A DNA stretch of 46,808 nt from Clostridia bacterium. GTDB taxonomy: Bacteria > Bacillota > Clostridia > Christensenellales > CAG-138. The notes beneath the pieces are model-generated. The model saw only the letters and a list, made by a program, of their open reading frames with translations. It was not told the DNA's origin and did no database searches. The position numbers and the translations under genes were made by a program. The stretch lies in the NCBI GenBank assembly GCA_016296415.1, contig JAEDJH010000002.1:1-46808 (forward strand). Direction: 5' to 3'. Shown piece by piece: positions 1-9,225 of the stretch (its first letter is position 1; the number at the start of each line of letters is the position of its first letter).

Positions 1-49
1 AGATAAAAATGCTAAAGCGAATGCGCTCAAAACAAACTTTGCCGCATAC

Positions 50-71
50 GGAGCCTTCGGGCTCCTTTGTT
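50..71 (+). terminator. Intrinsic terminator of an upstream gene lying outside the window
   Basis: GGAGCC-TTCG-GGCTCC hairpin (50-65) followed by TTTGTT. Confidence 0.55.
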
Positions 72-97
72 GCGTTATGCGAAAATGATGCTATAAT
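70..97 (+). promoter_or_regulatory. Sigma-A-type promoter for the GNAT / nucleoside phosphorylase pair
   Basis: TTGCGT (70-75), 16-nt spacer, TGcTATAAT extended -10 (89-97). Confidence 0.5.
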
Positions 98-127
98 TAA
101 CGCATAAATGTTTTGGAGGCTGATAAG

Positions 128-592
128 ATGGACGTAAGGCTTATGACCGTTGATGAAAACAACATGGACAAGCTTTCGGGCTTTGAGGTGCTTGAGTGTC
201 AAAAACGCTTTGTTCCGCCCGTTGCCGGTATATTAGCAAGGGCGTGGGTTTATCGCAAAAGCGGTGCGGAATTGCTTGCGATAACCAATGACGGCACACC
301 CGTCGGGCTGATGCTCGTATATGAGATAGACGAGGAGCCTGCCTGCTATTACCTTATGGAAATGCTCGTTGATAAAGCCCACCAGGGCAGGGGCATAGGA
401 ACGGAGGCGGTGAGGCAGCTAATAAAAATGTATTCAGCCAAGCCCAAATACCCTATGATGGAGGTATCGGTTGACAGGGAGAATGCAGCAGCTATTGCCG
501 CATATTCAAAGGCGGGTTTTTCGGACGGGGGTTATACCGATCCCGATCTGCCGCAGTATGTGAATCTCGTTTACCGCTTCAAAAACGATTGA
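128..592 (+). CDS. GNAT family N-acetyltransferase
   Basis: Acetyl-CoA-binding motif Q-GRGIGTEAV. The ORF track starts at TTG 113, but ATG 128 lies 8 nt after GGAGG (115-119), so I prefer 128. Confidence 0.85.
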   Translation: MDVRLMTVDENNMDKLSGFEVLECQKRFVPPVAGILARAWVYRKSGAELLAITNDGTPVGLMLVYEIDEEPACYYLMEMLVDKAHQGRGIGTEAVRQLIKMYSAKPKYPMMEVSVDRENAAAIAAYSKAGFSDGGYTDPDLPQYVNLVYRFKND

Positions 593-615
593 AAAGCTCA
601 ACGGAGGATATAAGC

Positions 616-1392
616 ATGATAACCGATACATTTGATATAAGCACCGAGCCGATAATAACGCCGGAAATGGTGTATGGGGAAAGGGGAGAACTGTGCAAGA
701 CCTGCATAGTGACCTTTTCGGACAGGATACTGAAAAATGCGATAGAGAAGCATGGCTTTAAGCAGATTGCGAAAATCAGCGTTTGCAACGGCGATATTCC
801 GATTTACGGGGCGGAGGTAAATGGGCGTATGATTGCGCTGTACCTTTCACCAATTGGTTCGGGCGGCGCGGGAAATTTCGTGATTGAGTCGAGCTGGATA
901 ACGGGTGCGGATAATTACGTCATGTTCGGCTCGGCGGGCTGCCTTGACAGCAAGGCGGTTTCGGGCAAGCTTGTGCTGCCGACCTTTGCGTACAGGGACG
1001 AAGGAATGTCGTATCATTACGCCGCCGCAGGCGATTATATTAGGATAAAAGGGTCGGAGTTCGTTAAAGGCATCTTCGACCGTATGCACATTCCTTATGT
1101 TGAGGGCAGAGTGTGGACGACGGATGCGATGTACCGTGAGACGAGGCTGAATATGCAGAGGCGCAGGGCGGAGGGCTGCCTCGCCGTGGAGATGGAGCTT
1201 GCCGGAGTGCAGGCGGTCTGCGACTTTCACAAACTGAATCTGTATAACTTCCTGATGGTGGGAGACGTGCTTGATCTGCCCGAATGGGAAAGCGGTGAGC
1301 TTCAAAACGCAAATCACAGCCTTGATAACTTTGAGCTTGCGCTTAAGATAGCCTGCGAGTGCGATCACAGCGAAAACAGCGGACTGGATTAA
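616..1392 (+). CDS. Nucleoside phosphorylase (PNP/UDP_1 family)
   Basis: Family-typical VEMELAGV and GSAG segments. ATG 616 is preceded by GGAGG (603-607); the track's 589 start has no RBS. Confidence 0.8.
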   Translation: MITDTFDISTEPIITPEMVYGERGELCKTCIVTFSDRILKNAIEKHGFKQIAKISVCNGDIPIYGAEVNGRMIALYLSPIGSGGAGNFVIESSWITGADNYVMFGSAGCLDSKAVSGKLVLPTFAYRDEGMSYHYAAAGDYIRIKGSEFVKGIFDRMHIPYVEGRVWTTDAMYRETRLNMQRRRAEGCLAVEMELAGVQAVCDFHKLNLYNFLMVGDVLDLPEWESGELQNANHSLDNFELALKIACECDHSENSGLD

Positions 1393-1435
1393 TCCTTCAT
1401 ATACGGCGAATATAAGAAGCTTACAATATAAAAAG

Positions 1436-1468
1436 GCAGCGGACAAATTTGCTCGCTGCTTTGTTTTT
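1436..1468. terminator. Bidirectional terminator between convergent genes
   Basis: GCAGCG(G)/(T)CGCTGC stem (1436-1441 / 1454-1459), flanked by AAAA upstream and TTTGTTTTT downstream. Confidence 0.5.
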
Positions 1469-1472
1469 GCGC

Positions 1473-2435
1473 TTAAACCTTGCTTCGGTCCTTTTTGCGT
1501 TTCATGCTGCTGACAATTACGCCGAAAACTATCAATACCGCACCGATTATGCTCATAAGCGAAATTACCGTATCGCTTTTGTGCTGTATAACGTTGCGTA
1601 TCAGATACTCCATGAGAATGGTAATGAACGGCCCCAGGTAGATATAGTTGTTCGATATGACAACGCCTATTCTTTTGACGGCCATATTCCACGTAACGTA
1701 ACATACTCCGCTGCCTATAAGTCCCAAAAATCCCAGCCTGAACCAAAGCCCGGGGATAGCAAATACGTTCGCAGACGGAAGGGGCTTATTTTCGATAAGA
1801 AGCAAAATAGCGGAGGAGAGAACTCCGTAGAACAGCACTTTTCGTGTCAGCTCGATGCTGTCGTATTTTGCCACAAAGGGTTTCAGCAAAACGGAGTATA
1901 TTGCCCACATCAGCGCAGCGACAAGCGCAAGAAAGTCCCCGAGGGGGCTAAGCTTCAGTACGAAAACGCCGTTAAGTACGACCAGTATAACGCCGAGGAA
2001 GGCAATCAAAAAGCCCCAAAGCGTGTTTAGGGTCATCTTTTCATCTTTTGAGGTAAAGTGTGCAAGCACCGACGTAAGAATGGGTGCGGCCGCAACGATA
2101 ATGCTGACGTTGGAGGGCGATGTGTATAAAAGGGCTGAATTCTCGGTAAAATAATACAGCGCACAGCCGACCACGCCCATGAGCGCAAAGCCTATTTCGT
2201 CCCTCAGTACGGGTTTTGAAATTCTGGGGCGTATTATCAGCAACGCAACGTATGACACGATAAAGCGCATCACTATCAACTGCGTCGGTGTAAGCCGAAA
2301 AGCTCCGTTTACATCGAGCAGAGAGTCGCTTGCAAGGAAGGTGCTGCTCCAAACGAAAATAGTAGCTACGGCAAGAAGATGCCCGAACAGGTTTTCGTTG
2401 CTTTTTACATCAAGTTTTGATTTCATTCGAATCAT
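1473..2435 (-). CDS. DMT (EamA-like) family transporter
   Basis: About ten hydrophobic helices with a two-halves EamA-like layout. The start could be ATG 2435 or ATG 2426; GGAGG lies 3 or 12 nt upstream respectively. Confidence 0.8.
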   Translation of the reverse strand: MIRMKSKLDVKSNENLFGHLLAVATIFVWSSTFLASDSLLDVNGAFRLTPTQLIVMRFIVSYVALLIIRPRISKPVLRDEIGFALMGVVGCALYYFTENSALLYTSPSNVSIIVAAAPILTSVLAHFTSKDEKMTLNTLWGFLIAFLGVILVVLNGVFVLKLSPLGDFLALVAALMWAIYSVLLKPFVAKYDSIELTRKVLFYGVLSSAILLLIENKPLPSANVFAIPGLWFRLGFLGLIGSGVCYVTWNMAVKRIGVVISNNYIYLGPFITILMEYLIRNVIQHKSDTVISLMSIIGAVLIVFGVIVSSMKRKKDRSKV

Positions 2436-2453
2436 TATCCTCCAAAGGCAGTC

Positions 2454-3902
2454 TTAAAAACGTTTTTTCCACATAATCGGCGAGCACAGCATCAGCATGG
2501 GATATATCTCAAGCCTGCCGAGCAGCATATCAATGCTTAAAACCAGCTTGGACAATACGGAAAAATCGGAAAAGTTTCCGGTTGCGCCGCAAATCCCAAA
2601 GCCGGGGCCCACGTTGCTAAGACAGGTCAGGACACTTGAGACTGTCGAAGCAAAGTCAAGATTATCAACGGCGACCAGCAGCAGGGAAATCATAAATATG
2701 GCAACGTAAACTATAAGATAGACCGAGGCGCTGCTGAGAGTGGCGGTTTCCACGGGCTTGCCCTCAAACTTCACTATCGCAACCCTTTTGGGGCTGACAA
2801 TGCCTTTTATTCCGTTTGCTGCCTTCTTCAAAAGCAAAATTACTCTGGAGAGCTTGAAGCCGCCTCCGGTTGAGCCTGCGCAGGCGCCGGTGAACATCAG
2901 CGCAAGTATTACGCATTTTGACAGCATCGGCCACGTTTCAAAGTCTGCGGTAACATAGCCTGTGGTGGTAATTATGGATGCTACCTGGAACGAGGCATTA
3001 CGCAGAGAGGAAAGTACACCGTCGTACATATTCATCGTATTCACGGTGATAGCTGCTATCGAGCAGAGTATTATGATGATATACCAGCGCAGCTCCTCGC
3101 TTTTAAGTGCGTCACGAAGCTTGCCGATGAGAATGAAATAGAAAAGGTTGAAGTTTATTCCGCACAGCACCATGAAAACGATTATCACAATTTCGATATA
3201 CAGGCTGTTATAGTGTGCAATGCCGGCGTTGTGCATGGAGAAGCCGCCCGTGCCGACTGAGCCGAATGTGTAAACGAAGGCATCGAAAACAGGCATTCCG
3301 CCGCATACGAGAAGTATTACTTCGATAACGGTTATGCCGATATATATGCCGTAGAGAATCCTTGCCGTATCCTTGATTTTGGGGACGAGCTTTCCTACGG
3401 TAGGGCCGGGTACCTCGGCACGCATCAGATGCATTGCTCTGCTGTCCGCAAGTGGAACAACCGACAGCATGAAAACGAGAACACCCATCCCGCCTATCCA
3501 ATGGGTGAAGCTGCGCCAGAAAATAAGCCCTTTGGGAATTATCTCAACATCTGTGAGTATGCTGGATCCCGTTGTGGTGAAGCCCGAAACGGTCTCGAAA
3601 AATGCGTCGATAAAGGAGGGGATGTGTCCCGAGATGTAAAAAGGGAGCGCACCGAACAGCGACAGCACAACCCACGAAAGTGCGACGATCACAAAGCCTT
3701 CCCTTGCGTAAATATCCCTCGTTTTGGGCTTTGTAAACACTCCGGCAAGGCTGAAAAGTCCAAGCAAAGCGGCGGTTATCAAAAACGAAAACGTTACGTT
3801 AAACTCACCGTAAATCACGGATACGCAGGTGGGAATTAAAAGCAGCAGCGCTTCGACCCGCATGACATGTGAAAGTATTTCTATGATCATTCGCCTATTC
3901 AT
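2454..3902 (-). CDS. trkH: TrkH/KtrB-family potassium uptake membrane subunit
   Basis: 482-aa polytopic protein with repeated pore-loop segments (TTTGSS, GTGGFS, TTTGY, STGGGF). It lies directly downstream of trkA. Confidence 0.92.
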   Translation of the reverse strand: MNRRMIIEILSHVMRVEALLLLIPTCVSVIYGEFNVTFSFLITAALLGLFSLAGVFTKPKTRDIYAREGFVIVALSWVVLSLFGALPFYISGHIPSFIDAFFETVSGFTTTGSSILTDVEIIPKGLIFWRSFTHWIGGMGVLVFMLSVVPLADSRAMHLMRAEVPGPTVGKLVPKIKDTARILYGIYIGITVIEVILLVCGGMPVFDAFVYTFGSVGTGGFSMHNAGIAHYNSLYIEIVIIVFMVLCGINFNLFYFILIGKLRDALKSEELRWYIIIILCSIAAITVNTMNMYDGVLSSLRNASFQVASIITTTGYVTADFETWPMLSKCVILALMFTGACAGSTGGGFKLSRVILLLKKAANGIKGIVSPKRVAIVKFEGKPVETATLSSASVYLIVYVAIFMISLLLVAVDNLDFASTVSSVLTCLSNVGPGFGICGATGNFSDFSVLSKLVLSIDMLLGRLEIYPMLMLCSPIMWKKRF

Positions 3903-3913
3903 AGTATTGCCTG

Positions 3914-5269
3914 TCAGCCTTCCGCAATATCCGCAAATTCCTGAAGCTTTCTGCCCGTCGTCACAACTATAACGCTGTCGCCCTTCATGAGGCAGTCGTT
4001 TCCGCCGGGAACGATAACCTTGTTATTTCTGTATATACAGGCAACAAGCAGGTTCTTCTTCAGCCTGATGTCTTTTAAGGGGATACCCAAAAAGTCGTAG
4101 TCCTTTCTGACCCTGAATTCAAGCGCCTCAAGCCTTCCGTTTAAGAGCTTGTACAGTGTTTCGACTCCGCTTCCCATGGAGTTTTGCATGGCACGCACAT
4201 ATTGAACGACCTGGTTTCCGGTAAGCTCCTGCGGAGTGATGATCGTTTCCAGGTCGGAATCCTCCACCAATCCGGCGGGAAGCCTTGTTATTTTGGTGAT
4301 AACCTTGTGAACGCCTCTTTTTGCGGCAAACAAGCCGAGTATTATATTTACCTCGTCAATATTGGTTATTGCAATGAAAGCATCGGCATCGTCTATGCCT
4401 TCCTCACGAAGAAGCTCGTGGTCGGTTCCGTCGGCATTGATGATGGTTGCCGAATTGAGCAGACTGCAAAGCTCCTGACAGCGTTCCTCGCTTCGTTCGA
4501 TGATTTTTGCTTTCATGCCCATGCTTTCAAGCTGTTTTGAAAGATAGAATGCGATGCGGCCGCCGCCGACTATCATAACGTTCCTTACCTTGTTCTTGCC
4601 TTCGTCCGCCATTCTGAAAAATGACATAATGTCGCGCGGTGAGGCGGTGATGAATATCCTGTCGCCGCAATTAAGGACGAAAGAGCCCGTGGGGATGATT
4701 ATTTCATCGTTTCTTATGACCGCACATATAAGCAGTTTTATCCTGAATGTCGTGTAAAAGTCCAAAAGCCTAACGCCGTCGAGCTTGCCGTTCGGCCTGA
4801 CACGCCATTCGATGAGGTCGATTCGCCCTCTTGCGAAGGAATCCACCTTTATGGCGGAGGGGGTTCGGAGTATCTTTGCAATCTCGAGCGCAGCGGACAT
4901 TTCCGGATTTATCGTCATGCTGAGACTGAGATCGTCTCGCAAAAACCTTATCTGCTCGGAATACTCGGGATTTCTGACCCTGGCGATCGTGTTCTTTGCG
5001 CCCATCTTTCTTGCGATCAGGCTCAAAATGATATTGGTTTCGTCGGAAGAAGTGGCCGAAATAAAAAGATCAGCTTCCTTTATGCCTGCCTCCTCGAGTA
5101 CGGCTCGTGATGAGGCATTGCCTTCGATACAGCGCACGTCGAGAATATTGTTCGAGTTTCTCAGCGATTCGACGGATTTATCTATTAAGGTAACGTCATG
5201 CCCCTCGGCAACAAGCTGCTCGGTGATGGCGTATCCGACTTTTCCGGCTCCCACGACTATAATCAGCAT
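3914..5269 (-). CDS. trkA: Trk system NAD-binding (tandem RCK) subunit TrkA
   Basis: Two Rossmann GxGxxG motifs (VVGAGKVG, IVGGGRIA) in a 451-aa tandem RCK architecture. Confidence 0.93.
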   Translation of the reverse strand: MLIIVVGAGKVGYAITEQLVAEGHDVTLIDKSVESLRNSNNILDVRCIEGNASSRAVLEEAGIKEADLFISATSSDETNIILSLIARKMGAKNTIARVRNPEYSEQIRFLRDDLSLSMTINPEMSAALEIAKILRTPSAIKVDSFARGRIDLIEWRVRPNGKLDGVRLLDFYTTFRIKLLICAVIRNDEIIIPTGSFVLNCGDRIFITASPRDIMSFFRMADEGKNKVRNVMIVGGGRIAFYLSKQLESMGMKAKIIERSEERCQELCSLLNSATIINADGTDHELLREEGIDDADAFIAITNIDEVNIILGLFAAKRGVHKVITKITRLPAGLVEDSDLETIITPQELTGNQVVQYVRAMQNSMGSGVETLYKLLNGRLEALEFRVRKDYDFLGIPLKDIRLKKNLLVACIYRNNKVIVPGGNDCLMKGDSVIVVTTGRKLQEFADIAEG

Positions 5270-5287
5270 AAATACCTCCTGCGTGAA

Positions 5288-5686
5288 TCAGACGTTCCTA
5301 AGGAAGTCACGCAACACTTCGATCGATCCTGTGATACGCTCGACCGTTGAGTGAAAATAGAATACGCAGGTGTTGGAGTCGGAGGCGAAGTGTGCGCCGG
5401 TTTCCGACCAAATAATTATGCGCTTGTTGGCCTTTGAGGCTATCGCCATGCCAAGCTCCGTGTGGGTGCCCGCACCGCCGGGGAGCAAAACCACGACAAG
5501 CTCGGCATATTTGACGGCGGTGGATTCAAAATACGCCACATCTGTCATCCTTTCGGGACCTTCGCTGCGGACATCGTTGTGCTTTGTCCAGTTGTAGGCG
5601 CATTCATGACCCATGGACTCGAGCATATTGATTATTTCTTTCGCCTTTGCACTGTTTTGCAAACCGCTTGCCACATAAAACAGCAT
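5288..5686 (-). CDS. Nucleoside 2-deoxyribosyltransferase-like / DNPH1-like small protein, function unknown
   Basis: 132 aa. N-terminal FYVASG strand plus VVVLLPGGAGTHTELGMAIA..KRIII, matching the NDT-fold pattern (hydrophobic strand, G-T-x-x-E-x-G-x-A). GAGGTG RBS. Only 18 nt upstream of trkA. Confidence 0.55.
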   Translation of the reverse strand: MLFYVASGLQNSAKAKEIINMLESMGHECAYNWTKHNDVRSEGPERMTDVAYFESTAVKYAELVVVLLPGGAGTHTELGMAIASKANKRIIIWSETGAHFASDSNTCVFYFHSTVERITGSIEVLRDFLRNV

Positions 5687-5733
5687 AATAACACCTCGAT
5701 ATTTTATCGTTTACGGCATATAACACCATAATA

Positions 5734-5742
5734 ATTATAACA
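5734..5742 (-). promoter_or_regulatory. Extended -10 promoter element for the NDT-like / trkA / trkH / DMT operon
   Basis: The minus strand reads TGtTATAAT. No good -35 is present. Confidence 0.4.
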
Positions 5743-5874
5743 CCTTTTTATCGCAAAATAAAGAGATAAAAGCGATCTCTGGCAAAATCCTGCTTATACC
5801 GTATGGATTAACTGCATAATTTGCGAGATTTGGCATAAAGTGAAGTACCATAAACTACTTACGGAGGCATTTTC

Positions 5875-7164
5875 ATGAGAACGTTGAGGTTTGGCGATAG
5901 GGGCGCCGATGTGATGCAGCTTCAGCTTGCGCTTTCAAGGGCGGGCTATGCGGTAGGGGGGATCGACGGCATATTCGGTCCTAAAACGCTTAATGCGCTA
6001 AGGCGGTTTCAGGCGGCAAACGGGCTTGCCATCGACGGAATTGCCGGCATGAACACATGGACGGCACTGAATAAGTATCTGCTCGGCTATTTTAACCATA
6101 GGATAGAAAGAGGGGATACCTATTATAAGCTTGCTAAAAGGTATGGGACGGACGTTAAGAAAATAGTCTCGGCAAATCCGGATAAAAATCCCGACAACCT
6201 TATTATCGGCGACACAGTTGTGATACCGTTCGGATTTGACGTCGTGCCGACAAACGTTATGTTTACCTCGTCGCTTGCGGAAACGGTAATAAAGGGGCTT
6301 AAAGCGAGGTATCCGTTTATTTCCGTGGAGATGATAGGAAGCAGCACGATGGGAACTCCTCTGTATGCGCTCAGGATGGGGAATGGAGCCAAGAAGGTGC
6401 TGTACAACGCATCGCACCATGCAAACGAATGGATAACCACGCCTGTTTTACTGAAGTTCCTTGAGCAGTATGCAGAGGCGTATATCGGCGGCGGAAGCAT
6501 ATTCGGGCTTGATGCGGCGAGGTTGTATGATGAGGTGAGCCTTATTCTTGTCCCGCTGGTCAATCCCGACGGCGTTGATCTTGTAAACGGCGCATTGGCC
6601 TTGAATGACAGATTTTACGTTCAGGCAAGGCGAATTGCGGCGGAGTTTCCGAAAATACCTTTTCCCGCAGGGTGGAAGGCGAACATTGAAGGGACGGATC
6701 TGAATCTAAACTACCCGGCCGGATGGGAGGAGGCAAAACGCATAAAGTTTGAGCTTGGCTATACAAAGCCCGCACCGAGGGATTACGTGGGGGATGGGGA
6801 ACTGAGTGCGGTCGAAAGCCGTGCCATGTATGATTTTACGCTCAAAGAACGCCCCGAGCTTACTCTTTCGTACCATTCGCAGGGCGAGGTTATCTATTGG
6901 AAATACCTGGATATTGAGCCCGAAAACGGGTTTGCTATCGCAAATCGCTTTTCCGAAGCAAGCGGATACAGCGTGGAGACCACGCCGTACGAATCCGGCT
7001 ATGCGGGTTATAAGGATTGGTTCATACTCGAATTTGAGCGCCCGGGATACACGATAGAGGTGGGGAGGGGCATTAATCCTTTGCCGCTTTCACAGTTTGA
7101 CAAAATTTACGGTGATAACGTCGGCATTTTGGCGATCGGTCTGGATGCGGCGGCAGAATTATAA
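5875..7164 (+). CDS. Gamma-D-glutamyl-diamino-acid endopeptidase-like M14 peptidase with PG_binding_1 and LysM domains
   Basis: N-terminal peptidoglycan-binding repeat (GIDGIFGPKT..ALRRFQ), then a LysM-like segment (GDTYYKLAKRYG..I..AN), then the M14 zinc motif HHANEW. GGAGG RBS. Confidence 0.85.
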   Translation: MRTLRFGDRGADVMQLQLALSRAGYAVGGIDGIFGPKTLNALRRFQAANGLAIDGIAGMNTWTALNKYLLGYFNHRIERGDTYYKLAKRYGTDVKKIVSANPDKNPDNLIIGDTVVIPFGFDVVPTNVMFTSSLAETVIKGLKARYPFISVEMIGSSTMGTPLYALRMGNGAKKVLYNASHHANEWITTPVLLKFLEQYAEAYIGGGSIFGLDAARLYDEVSLILVPLVNPDGVDLVNGALALNDRFYVQARRIAAEFPKIPFPAGWKANIEGTDLNLNYPAGWEEAKRIKFELGYTKPAPRDYVGDGELSAVESRAMYDFTLKERPELTLSYHSQGEVIYWKYLDIEPENGFAIANRFSEASGYSVETTPYESGYAGYKDWFILEFERPGYTIEVGRGINPLPLSQFDKIYGDNVGILAIGLDAAAEL

Positions 7165-7320
7165 ATTTATATTCGCGGCAGATGCTTGTTTTAAGCGATA
7201 AATTGGTATATCATAACAGATACCGCAAACGGTGCAGCTCATAGTCGGGATATCGGTATGAGGAGTAGTTACTTGCAGACCTTATTGTGACAGTGCGTTA
7301 AAAAACGCAGAAAGGATACA

Positions 7321-8397
7321 ATGGAGGGAACAAAGGAAAAAAAGACGTTCAAAGACTTTTTGGAGCGTCAAAACATCAAAATATCGGCAAAAACATACTT
7401 TGTCGATGCAATGGGTTCAATGGCTTTGGGTTTGTTTGCTTCGCTGCTTATTGCGACGATATTCGAAACCCTCGGCGGATGGTTCAGCTGGCAGTTTTTG
7501 ATTGATGCCGCAGGCTTTGCCAAGAATGCGACCGGTGCGGCACTCGGTGTGTCGATAGCGTATTCGCTCAAAGCTCCGCCGCTTGTACTGCTCAGTGCGG
7601 CAGCGGTTGGCATGGCAGGAAACGGTCTCGGCGGCACGTTCATTATGAACGGCAAGGAGCTTGTTCTGACGGCGGGTCCCGCAGGTGCATTTGTTGCGGC
7701 GGTAATAGCCGTTGAGCTTGGCAAACTCGTTTCAAAGACCACCAAGGTGGATATACTTGTAACACCGACGGTAACCATACTTTCGGGCGTTGCCATAGCA
7801 AAGCTCGTTTGCCCGTCGATTGCATGGCTTATGTACCAGCTTGGCAACTTCGTCAATACCGCAACGGTCATGCAGCCGTTCATTATGGGAATACTGGTTT
7901 CCGTTGTCGTTGGTATGGTGCTTACGCTTCCGATAAGCTCCGCTGCGCTCTGCGCAATGATAGGCATAACCGGCATTGCGGGCGGTGCGGCAACCGTGGG
8001 CTGCTGTGCGCAGATGGTCGGCTTTGCCGTTATCAGCTTCAGAGAAAACAGGTGGGGTGGTCTTGTGGCGCAGGGACTCGGAACGTCCATGCTGCAGATG
8101 GGCAACATAATCCGTCGTCCGATTATATGGATTCCCCCGACGCTTGCCGCCGCTATATGCGGTCCGATATCGACGATGGTATTCAAACTCGAATGTACCG
8201 GAGTGGCGGCCGGAATGGGCACCTGCGGTCTGGTGGGACCCATCGGCGTTGTAAGCGATATGGGTGTCACCGCAAACTCCATCGTGGGTATTGCGGCAGC
8301 CTGCATACTGCTTCCGGCGGTGCTTTCGCTCCTGTTTTCCGAGATAATGAGAAAGCTTGGCTGGATAAGGGAAAACGATATGCTGCTTGAGCTGTAA
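7321..8397 (+). CDS. PTS EIIC-like polytopic membrane protein (PfoR / PTS_EIIC_2-like)
   Basis: 358-aa Gly/Ala-rich multi-TM protein. Family assignment is from memory of PfoR-type proteins and needs an HMM check. Confidence 0.6.
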   Translation: MEGTKEKKTFKDFLERQNIKISAKTYFVDAMGSMALGLFASLLIATIFETLGGWFSWQFLIDAAGFAKNATGAALGVSIAYSLKAPPLVLLSAAAVGMAGNGLGGTFIMNGKELVLTAGPAGAFVAAVIAVELGKLVSKTTKVDILVTPTVTILSGVAIAKLVCPSIAWLMYQLGNFVNTATVMQPFIMGILVSVVVGMVLTLPISSAALCAMIGITGIAGGAATVGCCAQMVGFAVISFRENRWGGLVAQGLGTSMLQMGNIIRRPIIWIPPTLAAAICGPISTMVFKLECTGVAAGMGTCGLVGPIGVVSDMGVTANSIVGIAAACILLPAVLSLLFSEIMRKLGWIRENDMLLEL

Positions 8398-8417
8398 AAG
8401 CAAAATAATTATACAAG

Positions 8418-8449
8418 GCATCGTGCTGACCGCACGGTGCTTTTGTTTT
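8418..8449 (+). terminator. Intrinsic terminator
   Basis: GCATCGTGC / GCACGGTGC 9-bp stem followed by TTTTGTTTT. Confidence 0.65.
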
Positions 8450-8518
8450 AATTGGTTTCGCACTTTACACGGGCAGGATTTTGATATACAATAATATGGT
8501 TATTAGGGAGGAATTTAG

Positions 8519-9184
8519 ATGCGAATAATAATACGTTATCTTATATGTGCGTTCATAGGCTATCTGATAGGCTGCATCAATTTTGCCAACCTTTTTGCAA
8601 AATGGCGTGGGGTCGATATCAGAAACACCGGCTCGAAAAACCCGGGAGCATCCAATGCACTCATAACCATGGGGAAGCGCATAGGCATTCTTGTGGGCGC
8701 TTTGGACATATTTAAGGCGGCACTTGCAATAACTATAATGCGATATGTTTTTTACGAGAGTGAGTACGTTTGGGCAGTTGCGGGAGCATTTTGCGTGATT
8801 GGGCATATTTTCCCCTACTGGATGGAGCTTAGAGGAGGCAAGGGCTTTGCATCGTATGTGGGCATAATATTGGCATACGATTGGCGTTTATTTATAATAT
8901 TCGGGCTTGCCATAATCATTATCACGGTGCTTTCGGACTATATCGTCATTGCCACCGCCGCCATATGTATAGCGTTTCCGATATGTATTGCGCTCTTTGA
9001 CGGAGTGTGGGGACATGAACGTGACCTGATAAGTGCGGCGATAATATTGGTCGTTTCAATAATAATATTGTTTAAGCACAGAAAAAACTTTATAAAAATA
9101 TATAGGGGCGAGGAGATCGGACTTCGGGCGGCCGTTTCCAAAAAGCATCAGTCGGAGGACGATGCGGATAAGACGCAGGAGTGA
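8519..9184 (+). CDS. plsY: Glycerol-3-phosphate acyltransferase PlsY
   Basis: GSKNPGASNA motif, about 5 TM helices, AGGGAGG RBS. Confidence 0.9.
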   Translation: MRIIIRYLICAFIGYLIGCINFANLFAKWRGVDIRNTGSKNPGASNALITMGKRIGILVGALDIFKAALAITIMRYVFYESEYVWAVAGAFCVIGHIFPYWMELRGGKGFASYVGIILAYDWRLFIIFGLAIIIITVLSDYIVIATAAICIAFPICIALFDGVWGHERDLISAAIILVVSIIILFKHRKNFIKIYRGEEIGLRAAVSKKHQSEDDADKTQE

Positions 9185-9225
9185 ACCCGAATTAATGTAA
9201 ATGTAATTTCAAAGCGGAGGTTTTT

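Noticed and set aside
5849-5857. An exact match to the sigma-K -10 consensus (CATAAACTA) upstream of the M14 endopeptidase gene.
   Set aside because: The implied TSS (about 5864-66) would fall inside the GGAGG RBS (5862-66). No AC -35 element lies at the right distance. A chance match is plausible.
7368-8463. 312-aa and 243-aa minus-strand ORFs, and a 193-aa alternate-frame ORF, overlapping the EIIC-like gene.
   Set aside because: The sense frame gives a coherent polytopic membrane protein. The alternatives are Pro/Ala/Thr- or Arg/His-rich nonsense, typical of off-frame reading of GC-rich Gly/Ala codons.
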